Shown here: in pieces, positions 29,316-39,707 of the stretch | Layout: every line of letters starts with the position of its first letter | Position numbering within the stretch: the stretch's first letter is position 1 | Source of the DNA: Bdellovibrionales bacterium | GTDB taxonomy: Bacteria; Bdellovibrionota; Bdellovibrionia; Bdellovibrionales; JAMPXM01 | Length of the DNA: 55,529 bases | Assembly (NCBI GenBank): GCA_043739185.1 | Contig: JAYUEN010000101.1 | Location: 1-55,529 of the forward strand | Direction: 5' to 3' | The notes under the pieces: generated by a model | Database searches by the model: none | What the model was told of the DNA's origin: nothing | The model's input: only the letters and a program-made list of their open reading frames with translations | Position numbers and translations under genes: made by a program

Positions 29316-29481
29316 AAGATCTCCTTTGGATTTTCAAATTGAAAATCATTTTTTGTTGTTAGCTGGGTAGTAGCACAGTTCGAAATCATTAATAAGACGA
29401 TTGCTACAAAGTAAATATGCTTAAAGTGAATGATAATTAAAGGCGCAGGTATTTAACTTAGGTATAGATTGCGACGGGCCC

Positions 29482-31695
29482 TCAGGTATTTACAACCCGG
29501 GTGACGCCCATAATGCCCTTGATCTTCTGAAGATCTTGAATCACTTGACTCAATTGACTGGTATCTTTAACACCGACATCAAAAACACAAACTGCTTTTT
29601 TATCTTTTGTGGTTCTGATTTGGGCATTGTGAATATTCATTCCTCGCACCGCAAAGGTTTCGGTCATATTCTTGAGTAAGCCTGGCATATCTTGGCTGAC
29701 AACTTTAATGCGAACAACTCGTTCAATTCCGTCGGGAGTTGAATTGACACTCCACTCAACGTCAATTCGCCTGGCCTGATCGACTTCAAATGCCCGCTCA
29801 CAATCGACTTTGTGAATTGTAATTCCACGTCCTCTGCTGATGAAACCAACCACCGGATCACCCGGAATAGGATCGCAACATTTGCCGAATCGAACCAGCA
29901 CATCCTCCATGCCATCGACCTTGATGATGCTTTGGGATTTTTTCTTTTTATTAAGCGCGTTTTGAAAAACCTTTTGAATGAATGTTGGACTCTCTTTTTC
30001 AGCCGCCACTGGCGCAGAATTTGGTGCAAATTTTAAAACCACCTCTTTTGCGGTCACCCGGCCATAACCGACCAGAACAAATAAATCTTCTGGTACGTTT
30101 ACACCCAGTTCTTTAAATTTTTGCTCTGGTTGCTCAAGATACTTTTTCATCCCGAGCCCATGCTTGCGAAATTCTTTTTCAAGCAAGTCGCGCCCAACTT
30201 CGAGAGCTCGCAAGCGTTCTAAATTTTTAACATAGGCTCGAATCTTAGATTTTGCTCTGGTCGTAACACAAAACTTTAGCCAATCTTTTGATGGCTGCTG
30301 GTGCTGGCTGGTCAATACCTCAATGGTGTCTCCACTGCGAAGCTTGGTTTTAAGCGGCACCAATTTACCATTCACGCGTGCAGCTGCGCAATGTGTACCG
30401 ACATCAGTGTGAACGGCAAATGCAAAATCAATCGGAGTCGAACCATCTGGCAACTCACGCACTTCTCCCTTTGGCGTGAAGACATAAATTTCAGCTTCCC
30501 ACAAATCACTCTTTACTGTTTCTAAGAATTCATCAGGATTGCGCGTAGTTTGGTGGAGCGAAACCAAATCTCTCAACCATTCGAATTTCTGCTCGGTATT
30601 TGAATCTGCTTTGCCGCCTTCTTTGTACTTCCAATGAGCGGCGATTCCGCGCTCCGCAATCAAATGCATTTCTTGCGTACGAATTTGAATTTCAATGCGC
30701 TCTCCTGCTGGGCCCATAACGGTTGTATGCAGGCTCTGATATTGATTAACCTTTGGCATGGCGATGAAATCTTTAAAGCGACCAGGGATTGGCTTCCAGA
30801 GTGCGTGAACATGCCCGAGCACCTCGTAGCACTCGGGAACACTTGGGACGGTCACTCGAAAGGCCAAGACATCGTATACTTGTTCATAATCAATATTTCG
30901 CGCCGTCATTTTTCGATAAATCGAATAAAGATGTTTGGGTCTTCCTGAAATATCAAATTTCAATTTCGCTCTTTGCGAAAGCTCATTGGCTAGTAAGCGC
31001 TTGGTTTCTTCAATGTACTTCTCGCGCTCTTTCTTTTTCTTCGCAACCTTTTGCGCCAATTGATAATACATATCTGGCTTGGAATATCGAAAGCTTAAAT
31101 CTTCGAGTTCAATTTTGAGCGAACTAATTCCCAAACGACTGGCGAGTGGCGCATAAATATCAAGAGTTTCTTGCGCAATCCTCACCTGTTTGTCTGGCGG
31201 CATATGATTGAGCGAGCGCATATTGTGTAGTCTGTCGGCAAGCTTGACCAAAACAACGCGTACATCTTTTCCCATGGCAACGATCATCTTTCGAATGTTC
31301 TCGCCTTGCTTTTCATGCGTATTGCGAAAAGAAATTTTTGATATTTTAGTAACGCCGTCGACGAGATCCGCAATATTTTTTCCGAAATGAGTTTCGATGT
31401 CGGCAAGTGTAACTTTGGTATCTTCAACCGTGTCATGAAGTAGTGCTGTGATGATGCTGGCCACATCAAGTTTTAAGTCCGCTAAGATTGCAGCCACCCC
31501 GAGCGGATGAAAAATATAGGGCTCGCCACTTCTGCGCAATTGCCCAGTATGAGCTTCTTCTGAAAATGTATAAGCTTTTTCGAGAATCGAATAATCCATA
31601 CCCGGAGGTAAGTAGACGCGCAACTTTTCAACCAAGTCTTCGATGGTCTTCGGCTCGTTTTCGCTAATTCCTTCTTCGGTTTGGAATTCGACCAT
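29482..31695 (-). CDS. relA: Bifunctional (p)ppGpp synthetase/hydrolase, long RSH (Rel/SpoT)
   Basis: HD domain (LLHDTVED, KLADRLHNMR), RFKD synthetase, YQSLHT, TGS and ACT domains; gmk-rpoZ context. Start 31695 or 31719. Confidence 0.95.
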   Translation of the reverse strand: MVEFQTEEGISENEPKTIEDLVEKLRVYLPPGMDYSILEKAYTFSEEAHTGQLRRSGEPYIFHPLGVAAILADLKLDVASIITALLHDTVEDTKVTLADIETHFGKNIADLVDGVTKISKISFRNTHEKQGENIRKMIVAMGKDVRVVLVKLADRLHNMRSLNHMPPDKQVRIAQETLDIYAPLASRLGISSLKIELEDLSFRYSKPDMYYQLAQKVAKKKKEREKYIEETKRLLANELSQRAKLKFDISGRPKHLYSIYRKMTARNIDYEQVYDVLAFRVTVPSVPECYEVLGHVHALWKPIPGRFKDFIAMPKVNQYQSLHTTVMGPAGERIEIQIRTQEMHLIAERGIAAHWKYKEGGKADSNTEQKFEWLRDLVSLHQTTRNPDEFLETVKSDLWEAEIYVFTPKGEVRELPDGSTPIDFAFAVHTDVGTHCAAARVNGKLVPLKTKLRSGDTIEVLTSQHQQPSKDWLKFCVTTRAKSKIRAYVKNLERLRALEVGRDLLEKEFRKHGLGMKKYLEQPEQKFKELGVNVPEDLFVLVGYGRVTAKEVVLKFAPNSAPVAAEKESPTFIQKVFQNALNKKKKSQSIIKVDGMEDVLVRFGKCCDPIPGDPVVGFISRGRGITIHKVDCERAFEVDQARRIDVEWSVNSTPDGIERVVRIKVVSQDMPGLLKNMTETFAVRGMNIHNAQIRTTKDKKAVCVFDVGVKDTSQLSQVIQDLQKIKGIMGVTRVVNT

Positions 31696-31953
31696 GACTT
31701 TTGTTGTGCTCCCAAGCAAAGGATGAAACTTTTTATCGGCTTTTTCTCTTTGATCAAATAGGTACTAATCAAATAAAAAAAGGAAAAATTCGAACAAAAA
31801 TCAGATTATACGATTTAATTTGGATTGGCTACTCTAGGCTCGCCAGGTAAACGAAGTCGCGAGTCGAATCATTTTGAGATTGGTTAATTAAGACAATTTC
31901 TTTGAGCTTGTATGAGCAAAACTTATTTCTGCTCTTACTTTATGAAATTTAAA

Positions 31954-32196
31954 TTAGCGATTGAGATCTTTTTCGATCTGTTCACGTCTTTCAAGCTCTG
32001 GAGAAGCATGATTGTCGAATCGAACAGTACCTTGAGCAACTTCGCGAAGAGAAGTGACAATATACTTATTGTTTTTTGCACTGAGGGTTGCAGTCGAGCC
32101 TTTGAGTAATTGCTTTGCACGCTTAGCAACTAGAAGTACCAAAGCGAAACGATTATCAACTTTATCTAAGCAATCTTCGACCGTGACACGAGCCAT
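31954..32196 (-). CDS. rpoZ: RNA polymerase omega subunit
   Basis: [30 protein letters not shown]. Confidence 0.98.
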   Translation of the reverse strand: MARVTVEDCLDKVDNRFALVLLVAKRAKQLLKGSTATLSAKNNKYIVTSLREVAQGTVRFDNHASPELERREQIEKDLNR

Positions 32197-32232
32197 GAAT
32201 TCTCCCTTGAATCTCGATTTGAACTGCCCAAC

Positions 32233-32799
32233 CTACGACTTCGTGAGCAATTCTTCAATGATTTTCTTGAATTTCGCATAGGAAGCATTGAAATCATCAT
32301 TTATGAGTTGAAAATCGAACTCATGAGCGCGATTGATTTCTTTAGTGGCGTTTTGCATGCGGATCTCAAGGTCGTCTGGGATCTTTTTATCGCGCTTAAT
32401 AACTCTTCGACGCAGCTCATCAATCGATGGCGGAAGTATAAAAATCGTCTTTGCATCCGGGTACTTAGACCTAAAAGTGTCTGCGCCTTGAACGTCGACA
32501 TCCATGATCACAACTTCATTTTTTTTAAAGGCATCCTCAATTTGGTAAAAAGGAGTGCCATACATATTTTGATGAACATGAGCCCATTCGACAAAAAAGT
32601 TTTCAGAAACCAGCTCTTTGAATTTTGCTTGAGATACAAAATGGTAGGGAGTCCCTTCAGACTCACCTGCCCTCATAGGTCGAGTTGTATAGGTAACGGT
32701 ATCTCTTAAGACCTTGAACTCTGTCGTAATACGATCGACAAAACTCGACTTCCCGGCCCCCGAGGGCGCAACAATGATGATCATTCTTACTTTATTCAT
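32233..32799 (-). CDS. gmk: Guanylate kinase
   Basis: APSGAGKS, TTRPMRAGE, YHFVS, YGTP, DVQGA, FILPPS. Confidence 0.97.
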   Translation of the reverse strand: MNKVRMIIIVAPSGAGKSSFVDRITTEFKVLRDTVTYTTRPMRAGESEGTPYHFVSQAKFKELVSENFFVEWAHVHQNMYGTPFYQIEDAFKKNEVVIMDVDVQGADTFRSKYPDAKTIFILPPSIDELRRRVIKRDKKIPDDLEIRMQNATKEINRAHEFDFQLINDDFNASYAKFKKIIEELLTKS

Positions 32800-33674
32800 T
32801 CAATATTTTGCACCTGTTCACGAATTCGTTCGACCACCGATTTTGCATCTACTACCAAGGCCGTTAATTTCGAAACCTGACTCTTACTGCCAATGGTATT
32901 TACTTCACGAAGTAGTTCTTGCGCATAAAAATCCATCTTTTTCCCGAAGCTTTTTGAGTCTTGCAGCAACTTTAAATAGGCCTGAATGTGTTCGGTTAAA
33001 CGACTGAGCTCCTCATTGATATCAGACCTATCAATTTGAATCATGACTTCTTGCGCGAGTCTCGCCGGATCAACCTCACTATTTAAACCAAGATTCTTAA
33101 GACGATCTTCGAATTTTTTGGCAAGCTCTGAATTCACCTGACTGCGCAAACTTTCACATTGGGCGACAAAGTCTTGAAGTCTCTGTAGATTCTTTTTTAT
33201 GTCTAAGCCCAAAGCTTTTGCTTCGCGAATTCGCTCGCCTTCACAAAGATTTAAGGATTTATCTACCAGTCCCAAAAGTTTTTGCTTTTCTGTTGCAGTT
33301 ACTTTGTCTTGAACTTTTAGATTCATGAGTTCAGGCAGTTTCACAACAATATCTAGACTTAAGTTGTCGGCAAGATCTAATTTCTTAGCTAGTCCTTTGA
33401 GGGATTTGACATAAAGTTTGGCAACATCTTCGTTGATTTCAAGTGCGACTTGTTTGGCATTGGCGCGAATTTTTCTCGAACAATACAAATCAACTGTTCC
33501 GCGCGCAAATACGCCCGAAATCATTTTTTTTATTTCACTTTCAAAGGAGTTATATTCTCTAGGCAAATGCAGGCGAATATCTAAAAAGCGACCATTGACT
33601 GATTTGATTTGCACATCGAGCTCGAGGTCTTTGCTCGAAAAGTTTGTATGTCCATAACCAGTCATGCTTCTCAT
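32796..33674 (-). CDS. yicC: YicC/YloC family endoribonuclease
   Basis: MRSMTGYG, SVNGRFLD, GKKMDF...REVNTIGSK, REQVQNIE. Confidence 0.95.
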   Translation of the reverse strand: MRSMTGYGHTNFSSKDLELDVQIKSVNGRFLDIRLHLPREYNSFESEIKKMISGVFARGTVDLYCSRKIRANAKQVALEINEDVAKLYVKSLKGLAKKLDLADNLSLDIVVKLPELMNLKVQDKVTATEKQKLLGLVDKSLNLCEGERIREAKALGLDIKKNLQRLQDFVAQCESLRSQVNSELAKKFEDRLKNLGLNSEVDPARLAQEVMIQIDRSDINEELSRLTEHIQAYLKLLQDSKSFGKKMDFYAQELLREVNTIGSKSQVSKLTALVVDAKSVVERIREQVQNIE

Positions 33675-33701
33675 GTACTACTGTCTAACTTTTTCTATGA
33701 A

Positions 33702-34673
33702 TTAGTCAAGTTCAGGCGCTTTTAAAAGGTGTTTCATTGCCAATTCATAAAACTCTGTCGGGCTATATTTAGCACCTACAATCCAGTGGTTTTCTTGATC
33801 CCGCTTAAACCAAGTGCGCTGTTTTTTAGCGAGCTGCATAGTACTGGTGATTATTTTCTCTTTGAGCTCCCATTGCGATATTTTTCGGTCTAAAAATTCA
33901 CCAATTTCAAAATATCCCACACTTTTAAGAGGCGCCCAGTCCCCCCAGCCGCGAGATCTTAAGTACTTGACCTCTTCTAACCATCCCGCAGCAAGCATTT
34001 GTTCGGCTCTCAGAGTCACTCGTTTTCGCAGTTCGCCTCGATCTAAATCGAGGGCAATTTTTCGGATTTTGAAGTTTTTCTTTAAATTTGATTTTTGATT
34101 TTCAAAATCCCGCTGCGCTTGAGAAATGCTAATCGGACTTGAAAGTAAAATCTCAAGAGCCCTTTGCACGCGGTAAGAATCCGTTTTAGATATTTTAGCG
34201 GCATATTCGGGATCAATTTCGTGAATAGAGTTCCAAAGACTTGCTGAACCTTGAGTTTCAAATTGAAGGCGCACTTGTTCTCTTATTTGCTCACTAATTT
34301 GTGGAGCAGGAACCATTCCTTTTTCAAGTGCTTGAATATAAAAACCGCTGCCGCCAACTAAAATGAAATTGCGCACTCCAGCCGCGAGACGCTCACTCAA
34401 TAATTTTTCGGCAGCTCGCACGAAATCACCAGCGCTCAATGTGGCCGGCGGCTCAACAAAAGCAATAAGATGATGCCTGGCCTGAGCCATCATTTCTTGG
34501 CTAGGCTTTGCAGTTCCGATTTCAATTTGATTGTAAAACTGAATGCTATCGGCATTTATTATTTCGGCATTAAAATATTGCGCCAGCGAAATGGCAAGAT
34601 CACTCTTGCCTGTGGCCGTTGGCCCAACGACAAAAATGATTTGAGCTAATTTCAGATCAGTTGATGCGACCAA
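33702..34673 (-). CDS. miaA: tRNA dimethylallyltransferase
   Basis: GPTATGKS, IINADSIQ, IGTAKP, VGGSGFY, AKKQRTWF; follows mutL. Confidence 0.96.
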   Translation of the reverse strand: MVASTDLKLAQIIFVVGPTATGKSDLAISLAQYFNAEIINADSIQFYNQIEIGTAKPSQEMMAQARHHLIAFVEPPATLSAGDFVRAAEKLLSERLAAGVRNFILVGGSGFYIQALEKGMVPAPQISEQIREQVRLQFETQGSASLWNSIHEIDPEYAAKISKTDSYRVQRALEILLSSPISISQAQRDFENQKSNLKKNFKIRKIALDLDRGELRKRVTLRAEQMLAAGWLEEVKYLRSRGWGDWAPLKSVGYFEIGEFLDRKISQWELKEKIITSTMQLAKKQRTWFKRDQENHWIVGAKYSPTEFYELAMKHLLKAPELD

Positions 34674-36477
34674 AATCTCTCTCTAATTTATGAAATGGAT
34701 ACTCAACTGATACTGGCCTGCCATGCGGGCAAAAACTTGAGAGCGCAAATTCATCCATTTGCAAAAGTAAAGACTTCATCTCTTCGGTTGAAAGTGCTTG
34801 GCCAGCGCGAACAGCCGAGTGGCAAGCCATAGTGGCAAAAATATGCATGATTGATTTTTCAATCGCAAAGCTTCCGCCTTCATCTAAGATTTCACGCGCC
34901 AATTCTTCAATCGCTTTTTGAATAGATGATTCTTTTAAAATTGCAGGTGCCGAGCGCACCGCCAAATGCTCTGGCCCCATGGCTTCAACTTGCATTCCAA
35001 TGCGCTCTAAATCTTCTTTATGGGTGAGCACTGCTTCAAGCAGGCTACTCTCTAACTGTATCGTGAGCGGAAGTAAAAAATCCTGAATTTCAAAACTCTT
35101 ATCACTCCAAGATTTCATAAGACGCTCGTACATCACTCTTTCATGAGCCGCATGTTGATCAACAATAACCATGGCCTTTGAATTTTGAGATAAAATATAA
35201 GTCAGCTGCGCCTGTCCTAAAACTTGCAAACTTGACCAATAATGTTTTTGTAAAGGACTGGCATGGTTTTGAAGATTTTCTGGCGCTATCGTTGTTTTTG
35301 TTTCAGGAGCCGGATCCCTTGCAAAATAAGCTGCCAAGGGCTCTGAGAGCTTTTGCCGAAGTTGAGTCTGCCCCAATTCCGAAGCTCCTGAAAATGCGAC
35401 CTGTTCGGTCATCGCTTTGGTTGCAAATGCCGAAACCGCTGACGAAATGGCCTGATGTGCAGCGTGAGATGTATTGGAGTCTGAACTCAATGAATTCGGA
35501 ATCCAAGGCGCCTGTTCAAGCCCCTGCCTTAAGGCTCTCTGAACGACACGAAAAACTTGGGCGTTATCTCTAAATTTTACTGTTGATTTTGTTGGGTGAA
35601 TATTGACATCAACTTCAGCCGGATCAATGGTCAAATCAACTACTACCTGCGGATATTCGCCATGCATGAGCAGCCCACGATATGCCTCAAGCACTGCCGC
35701 TTGTATGGTTCGATCTTGTACCCACCTCTTTTGTACAAATAGCCAAATGCCTTTTGAGTTTCCGACGACTTTGTGAGGCGAGCAGAAAAGCACTTTCGCG
35801 TTGAGCTTTTCAAGTTGCGCTTCGCTCTCAAATACTTCTTCGGTATTTAAAACTTCACTCACCCGAGCTCGCATTGAATCTTGTGCTTTATATGCAAATA
35901 CAGATTTTTCTTGGCGCACACGTATTTCAATTTCGGGGTGAATAAGCGCAAAGGCTTTGAGAGTTTGTTTAATTTGCGAGGATTCAGCCACTTCTGATTT
36001 TAAAAATTTTAGCCGAGCGGGCATATTTGCAAACAAATCCCGAACCACAAGCGTCGTCCCTAAATTACTGCCCACTTCAGATATTTCACCGAGCTTCCCA
36101 AAGTTAGAGTCAATTTGAAATGCCTGCTCTTGACCCTCCTCTTTTGAAATCAAACTCAAATTTGAAACCGCAGCAATACTTGCTAAAGCTTCACCGCGAA
36201 AACCATAGCTCGACAATTTAAATAAATCTTCTGAAGCCAATATTTTGCTAGTCGCATGTCTTTGAAGCGCTAGTCCCAAATCCTCGCGGGCAATCCCAGA
36301 GCCATTATCGCTGACTCTGACATTTCGCCCACCATTTGAAAATTCAATTTCAATCTTTGAAGCCCCGGCATCTAAGCAATTCTCAACCAGCTCCTTTATC
36401 AAATGGCTAGGTCTTTCAACAACTTCGCCCGCTGCGATCTGATTGACGACATCATGTGATAAAATGGCAATCTTCAT
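34657..36477 (-). CDS. mutL: DNA mismatch repair protein MutL
   Basis: QIAAGEVVERP, GFRGEALASI; endonuclease motifs DQHAAHER, ACH, CPHGRP. Confidence 0.98.
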   Translation of the reverse strand: MKIAILSHDVVNQIAAGEVVERPSHLIKELVENCLDAGASKIEIEFSNGGRNVRVSDNGSGIAREDLGLALQRHATSKILASEDLFKLSSYGFRGEALASIAAVSNLSLISKEEGQEQAFQIDSNFGKLGEISEVGSNLGTTLVVRDLFANMPARLKFLKSEVAESSQIKQTLKAFALIHPEIEIRVRQEKSVFAYKAQDSMRARVSEVLNTEEVFESEAQLEKLNAKVLFCSPHKVVGNSKGIWLFVQKRWVQDRTIQAAVLEAYRGLLMHGEYPQVVVDLTIDPAEVDVNIHPTKSTVKFRDNAQVFRVVQRALRQGLEQAPWIPNSLSSDSNTSHAAHQAISSAVSAFATKAMTEQVAFSGASELGQTQLRQKLSEPLAAYFARDPAPETKTTIAPENLQNHASPLQKHYWSSLQVLGQAQLTYILSQNSKAMVIVDQHAAHERVMYERLMKSWSDKSFEIQDFLLPLTIQLESSLLEAVLTHKEDLERIGMQVEAMGPEHLAVRSAPAILKESSIQKAIEELAREILDEGGSFAIEKSIMHIFATMACHSAVRAGQALSTEEMKSLLLQMDEFALSSFCPHGRPVSVEYPFHKLERDFGRIN

Positions 36478-36537
36478 ATCTAATTTTCACCTATTTTTAA
36501 CTCATAGCTACCCGCCGCACTACGCCTCAGTCAACCC

Positions 36538-36780
36538 AGAACTGGCGAGGATGGCGGCAAATCGAGGCGCGACGACCGAACCGACTGAGCCGTAGTAATC
36601 TACGGCGCAAGGAAGGGAGGGAGAAGCAACGAAGACTTGCCGCCCAAGCCAATTTCGTAGAACTGGCGAGGATGGCGGCAAATCGAGGCGCGACGACCGA
36701 ACCGACTGAGCCGTAGTAATCTACGGCGCAAGGAAGGGAGGGAGAAGCAACGAAGAGTTGCGCCATCCTCGCCAGTTCTA
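36538..36780. repeat. Tandem pair (period 121 bp) of an ERIC/RPE-like palindromic element
   Basis: Units start at 36538 and 36659 and are identical for about 97 nt. Unit 2 (36658-36780) has perfect 20-bp terminal inverted repeats TAGAACTGGCGAGGATGGCG and a central hairpin GCCGTAG-TAAT-CTACGGC. Confidence 0.92.
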
Positions 36781-37752
36781 AAAGCGGTTTTGGAGGGAGA
36801 GGCCGTAGGAGGTGTAATTTGCGCGTTCCCACATCCACTTATATTCCGTCCGCGCCGCCCAGTTCGTACCCAACTTCACACCATACCCAATCTCAAGACT
36901 TAAACCAAGACTCAGCTCGCTTGAACTAACCACACCAGTTGAGGTCCCAAACTGAAAGTTTGAATAGTCTAACAAAGGTCCCAAACCCAAAAAGAAGGAA
37001 CTCGATTTTTGATCCATAATAGGAAACAAAAGTAATAAATCAGTAATCAATGCAAAACCACTTGGCTTAATTGTTGAAAATTGGCTGTAGTAGGGTGGCG
37101 CTCCATAGTGAATCAATAAATTGAAATCAGTTGGAAGCGAAATCAAAGTATGAGGTCCGGTGATTTTCACGCCGTAAAACAAAAGTGTAGCTGTCGGATC
37201 AACACCAGGAATAATCTCTTTATAATTTAAGTTACCAACATAAATTCCCAAATACTTGGTCTGCATAAAGGGTTTGACTGGTGGATACTTTCCGATTTTT
37301 GGCTTTTCTCCTGGCCGAGTTTTTTTCTTTCCTTTTTTATTGGGCACGCCATTTTCGGGCGGACCCGGAACTTCAGGGACAACATCGATCGTGGTAATAT
37401 AACCAATCTTCGTTTGACTGACCTTGACTCGGTAAAACTTAAAATAGGAACCAAAGGTGACCCTTGATATTCGCACTTTCTGTCCCGCCGGCAGATACAT
37501 CAAGGTTGGAGCATCAAAATCAGGCTGATCATAAACCAAGGCATTGTCGGTTTTAATCGTTGCCCACTGACCCTGAACTTCTGCTTTTTTGGGAGCGCTA
37601 GTTTGCGTATTTGCAGAATTAGATTTCGCATTCGCTTTGCTGGCAGCTGTTTCTGCAAAACTAAAGGAAGTTAAAAATAAAATTGAAACGGCTAGCAATA
37701 CTGAAAAAGTCTGAAAAGCTTTAATATGAAATTGATTGCATGATCTATTCAT
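36778..37752 (-). CDS. SH3-like domain plus outer-membrane beta-barrel protein
   Basis: Signal peptide; ALVYDQPDFDAP...LPAGQKVRIS...IGYI (SH3b-like); alternating strands ending LQNRF. Confidence 0.65.
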   Translation of the reverse strand: MNRSCNQFHIKAFQTFSVLLAVSILFLTSFSFAETAASKANAKSNSANTQTSAPKKAEVQGQWATIKTDNALVYDQPDFDAPTLMYLPAGQKVRISRVTFGSYFKFYRVKVSQTKIGYITTIDVVPEVPGPPENGVPNKKGKKKTRPGEKPKIGKYPPVKPFMQTKYLGIYVGNLNYKEIIPGVDPTATLLFYGVKITGPHTLISLPTDFNLLIHYGAPPYYSQFSTIKPSGFALITDLLLLFPIMDQKSSSFFLGLGPLLDYSNFQFGTSTGVVSSSELSLGLSLEIGYGVKLGTNWAARTEYKWMWERANYTSYGLSLQNRF

Positions 37753-38447
37753 ATTTTATACTTCATTATCCAAACTCTCCAAAGCGCTTCAATGACAATT
37801 CTAAAACGCATTTTGCTTTGGCCAACTCGTCGGTCCTCAAATATTATGGGTACCTCTTGAAACTTAAATTTTTGTTTGCAAGCTCGGTACTTCAGTTCAA
37901 TTTGAAAGCTATAACCTTCGGAGCCTACTTGCTCCAAATGAATTCCTTCTAGAACTTCACGCTTCCAGGCGTTGAAGCCACCCGTCCAATCATTTACCGG
38001 AAAGCCTAAGATGAGCCGTGAATAGAGGCTACCGCCGCGACTGATAATTTTTCTGATTAGTCCCCAGTTTAAGGTCGCGCCACCTTTTACGTAACGGGAG
38101 CCAATCACAAAATCTTGATTTTTCATGACGCTCAATATTTGTTTCAAATCAACTGGGCGATGTGAAAAATCGGCATCCATTTCAATTAATACTTCGTAGC
38201 CATTTTTCAGTCCCCAATCAAAGCCAGCCAAATATGCTCGGCCAAGTCCTTCTTTTCCTTTGCGCGAAAGTAATTTTACGCGCGGCTCGCTTGCCATCAA
38301 TTTATCAACAAGTTTTGCCGTTCCGTCTGGGGAGTTATCATCAATGACCAATATATGAACTTCGGGGTTCTCAGTTAAGATGGCACCGAGAATTTGCAGG
38401 ATATTCTCGCATTCATTGTAGGTGGGAACACAAACCAAGGCCTTCAT
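37749..38447 (-). CDS. Polyprenol-monophosphomannose synthase-like GT2 glycosyltransferase
   Basis: PTYNE, IDDNSPDGT, GLGRAY, EMDADFSH, GSRYV, GYSFQIE. Confidence 0.92.
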   Translation of the reverse strand: MKALVCVPTYNECENILQILGAILTENPEVHILVIDDNSPDGTAKLVDKLMASEPRVKLLSRKGKEGLGRAYLAGFDWGLKNGYEVLIEMDADFSHRPVDLKQILSVMKNQDFVIGSRYVKGGATLNWGLIRKIISRGGSLYSRLILGFPVNDWTGGFNAWKREVLEGIHLEQVGSEGYSFQIELKYRACKQKFKFQEVPIIFEDRRVGQSKMRFRIVIEALWRVWIMKYKI

Positions 38448-38507
38448 TCATCAGAGCCTAACCGATCCAGGTATTAAGCTCAAGCTTTCGTCATAAATTC
38501 TAAGCGT

Positions 38508-38933
38508 TTAAAGCTCAAGATTCGTCAATGATTTTGACTTAGTTGGCGCGGGCCTGGCTACTTGCTTCTTCAAAGGCGTTAACTTTGGATAAGGCTTAAG
38601 CAGCATTTGTGGATCAAGCTTGCGAAGCTCTAAAAATTTATTCACTTTTAGGGCGGCACTCTTTGAATCTCGCTTATAAAGGATGGGGTCAAATCCGCAA
38701 ATGTCGCAAATGATTTTCATGCGCCACCTAAAGCGCACTAAAATCTCGGATGCTATTACCGAAAAACCTAAAAAATAAAAAACCTTAATATTAAAGTCCT
38801 GCCAGACCAAAGCCATGGCGGCAAGACTTGCAAAAACACAGACCACAAAATCTAAAAACGACAGATCTCTCTTTAAATAAAAACTTCTGAGATTCTTACA
38901 AAAGGCACAATATCTTTTTTCTTTATATACCAT
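38508..38933 (-). CDS. Small membrane protein with two CxxC motifs flanking two TM segments
   Basis: YCAFCK ... hydrophobic hairpin ... ICDICGFDP. Confidence 0.7.
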   Translation of the reverse strand: MVYKEKRYCAFCKNLRSFYLKRDLSFLDFVVCVFASLAAMALVWQDFNIKVFYFLGFSVIASEILVRFRWRMKIICDICGFDPILYKRDSKSAALKVNKFLELRKLDPQMLLKPYPKLTPLKKQVARPAPTKSKSLTNLEL

Positions 38934-39011
38934 GCTTTTATTCTACAAATTGTAGCTGATTTTCACTAGTCAAAGTTTTGCAAATTGAAAGTTTCTTGCT
39001 ACAATTAGAGA

Positions 39012-39704
39012 ATGAAAACAAAAAAACTTGTATGGCTTTCTGTTGTTGCATTCACATTTCTAATCTTACCGAAATTGAGCTGGGCTGAAGTCGATACGCA
39101 GTCAGACTACAACCAGGCAGACGAAGAAACTCAAAATTATGATGCCATCGTAAAAGATCTTTCAAAACCTAGCTTACGCGCCAAAAGTCGAGCCGCAGTC
39201 GCAAGATCTTCTGGCGGCGACTCTTTTGAAAATACCACCATTCACGCAGGTGTTGCCTATGCAAATATGCTTGAAACCCTAGACCTTCCCAATAAGAAAA
39301 TTTATGTGGGACAGGCCGGCGTTCAGGTTTCACTCGGCATTGATTTGTTTTCAGAACACCTCTCATCTGAAGGCACTCTCATAAGCTACGGCGAACAAAA
39401 CTATGACGGCTCAGTCGTTTCAGTAAAAGAATTTGATTTGATGTTTTATGGTAAGGGCCAACTCACGCAAAATATAAAAGGAAGAATCGGTGGTGGAATT
39501 GCCGGTCGCTATCTCACTCTAAGCAAAAATAATATTGCCACTCAATATTCAACACCAAGTAGTGTATTGAGCGTAGGCGCTGATTATTTTATCGCAGAGG
39601 CCTTTAGCCTTGGCGGCGAAATCGCCATGAGAAATGCAATGACTGGCGAAACTATAGACGAACGCTCGTATACCATGCTGGTTCGTCTCGATACTCACTT
39701 CTAG
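39012..39704 (+). CDS. Putative outer-membrane beta-barrel protein
   Basis: Signal peptide (SWA), about 8 alternating strands, C-terminal RLDTHF. Confidence 0.7.
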   Translation: MKTKKLVWLSVVAFTFLILPKLSWAEVDTQSDYNQADEETQNYDAIVKDLSKPSLRAKSRAAVARSSGGDSFENTTIHAGVAYANMLETLDLPNKKIYVGQAGVQVSLGIDLFSEHLSSEGTLISYGEQNYDGSVVSVKEFDLMFYGKGQLTQNIKGRIGGGIAGRYLTLSKNNIATQYSTPSSVLSVGADYFIAEAFSLGGEIAMRNAMTGETIDERSYTMLVRLDTHF

Positions 39705-39707
39705 GGA

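Noticed and set aside
31733..31760. sigma28 promoter for rel (GCCGATAA on the minus strand)
   Set aside because: Perfect -10 but no acceptable -35 at 14-15 nt spacing; left unreported.
36538..36780. CRISPR array
   Set aside because: Only two 121-bp units, no unique spacers, no cas genes in the window.
36527..36838. 103-aa ORF
   Set aside because: Lies across the palindromic repeat and overlaps a real gene end; no protein-like features.
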